Positions 63,160 through 64,000 of a stretch of 64,000 nt of DNA are shown here, in pieces. The notes beneath the pieces are model-generated. The model was not told where the DNA came from. It saw only the letters and a list, made by a program, of their open reading frames with translations, and searched no databases. The first letter of the stretch is position 1. Each line of letters starts with the position of its first letter. This stretch comes from Candidatus Babelota bacterium. GTDB lineage: Bacteria > Babelota > Babeliae > Babelales > RVW-14. A program made the translations under genes and the position numbers. Where the stretch lies: the NCBI GenBank assembly GCA_018266175.1, contig JAFEAY010000016.1, positions 1,029 to 65,028 on the forward strand, given 5' to 3'.

Positions 63160-64000
63160 ATGAAAATGAAAAGATCGCTGCTGTTACTTTTTATGCTCTC
63201 AAACATCTCTTTGACCATACTTGAGTCGAAAACTCAAGGCATCAAAAATAAAAAAATAGCAGCAACTCAAGCGCTGTCACAAGATAAAGCACAAGAAATG
63301 GTTAAACATGCTGATATCGATCATTTCTTGTCGCAAGAAGCAACACCCTCCGTTTTTAGCGTCAGAAGTTTGCGTAACTTTTTTACTCAACATTCTCCAC
63401 AACCATTTGAAAATATTCCAAACCTGGGACAACCAAAAACAAGCATTTCAGACTTTCAATCTTCTTTTTTGCGCTTCATTAAAGAAGAATACAACAAACC
63501 AACGTATGCTGAAGAATTTTCACAAGATGCAACCCATGTAGTTGAGTTTCTTGAAATTAGTGATGAAATGAATTTAACGGTTGATCACATTTACGTCTGC
63601 TTACGGCTTTTTTATAACAAACTCAAAGCTGCAGAAGCGCTTGATGACACGGTCACAACACAGCTTTTAAATAATTTGCCTATTCTCCTCAAAAGACACT
63701 TTGATAACGATGATGACGAAAATGATACTAAAATGGACCTTACCTTTATTAAAAAGAGCAGTGAAAATTTAATTTTATCGCGGCTAACCGATCATCATAC
63801 GCAATTTAGAGCAACACCAGATCTATTCATATCAAACCTGGCTCACGATCTTTGTTCCATTTTTAACCAAGAACAAGAACGATTAAAAAAAGAGGTTGAA
63901 CTCAATGAATATCGCGAACGACTTCGTCAAACAGTTATTCGTTTTTTTGAAACAGCACTGAGCAAGGTAGTCTGGAACCCTAAAGCACCTGAAGGTATTT
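63160..64000 (+). CDS. Hypothetical exported protein; 3' end cut by the window edge
   Basis: Not in the ORF track because there is no stop in the window. My own reading from ATG 63160 gives MKMKRSLLLLFMLSNISLTILESKTQG... and stays open to position 64000. AAGGA lies 7 nt upstream. Confidence 0.6.
   Translation, partial: MKMKRSLLLLFMLSNISLTILESKTQGIKNKKIAATQALSQDKAQEMVKHADIDHFLSQEATPSVFSVRSLRNFFTQHSPQPFENIPNLGQPKTSISDFQSSFLRFIKEEYNKPTYAEEFSQDATHVVEFLEISDEMNLTVDHIYVCLRLFYNKLKAAEALDDTVTTQLLNNLPILLKRHFDNDDDENDTKMDLTFIKKSSENLILSRLTDHHTQFRATPDLFISNLAHDLCSIFNQEQERLKKEVELNEYRERLRQTVIRFFETALSKVVWNPKAPEGI

Noticed and set aside
1-64000. Search for tRNA, rRNA, tmRNA, IS elements, integrases or prophage genes that might explain the rearrangements in 4.4-9.1 kb and the 24.3-28.6 kb block.
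   Set aside because: By eye I found no cloverleaf-like GC-rich ~75-nt segments in the intergenic regions, no rRNA-like stretches, and no transposase or integrase-like ORFs. The rearrangements look like homology- or microhomology-mediated events between paralogues. A tRNAscan/Infernal/ISfinder run would be needed to be certain.

Overview
This is a 64-kb AT-rich bacterial chromosomal window, densely coding on both strands. I recognise no rRNA, tRNA, CRISPR array, transposase or integrase. Contents in order:

1. A 5'-truncated XRE/HTH antitoxin-like gene.
2. 498-8928: four tandem minus-strand paralogues of a signal-peptide-bearing, eukaryote-like (FBXW7/Cdc4-style) WD40 propeller protein. The array carries recombination scars: a stop-containing duplicate of the rfbF promoter and 5' end, and a 53-bp exact internal duplicate that truncates paralogue 3.
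3. 9152-24258 and 28836-34472: a large glycan-biosynthesis cluster. It holds rfbF and rfbG-like CDP-hexose genes, a split transketolase, UDP-xylose synthase, Ugd, an ArnC-like GT2, a GT-C-like membrane protein, several GT4/GT1-type transferases, a Wzx-like flippase and two methyltransferases.
4. 24332-28621 interrupts that cluster with an MNT/HEPN toxin-antitoxin pair, a small ankyrin protein, a Cys/His-motif membrane protein and a membrane-anchored MutS-domain-V ATPase with a His-rich tract.
5. 34518-39549: three tandem exported paralogues sharing a roughly 100-aa C-terminal module with a thymosin/WH2-like LKK[Q/V] motif. The smallest also carries an FH1-like polyproline block. This is my top candidate for an undescribed host-actin-targeting effector family.
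6. Housekeeping genes: grpE, pssA, htrA-like, tlyA, lptF/G-like, glmM, lysE-like, lexA-like, rnhB.
7. A fifth exported WD40 protein with a KKRKR NLS-like tail.
8. A gspF-G-H-I-J-K pseudopilin operon followed directly by an MCE/MlaD protein.

The combination of AT-richness, many exported eukaryote-like repeat proteins and a T2SS suggests a host-associated or intracellular bacterium, possibly Dependentiae/TM6-like. That is inference only. All functional calls come from motif recognition by eye; no database search was possible.
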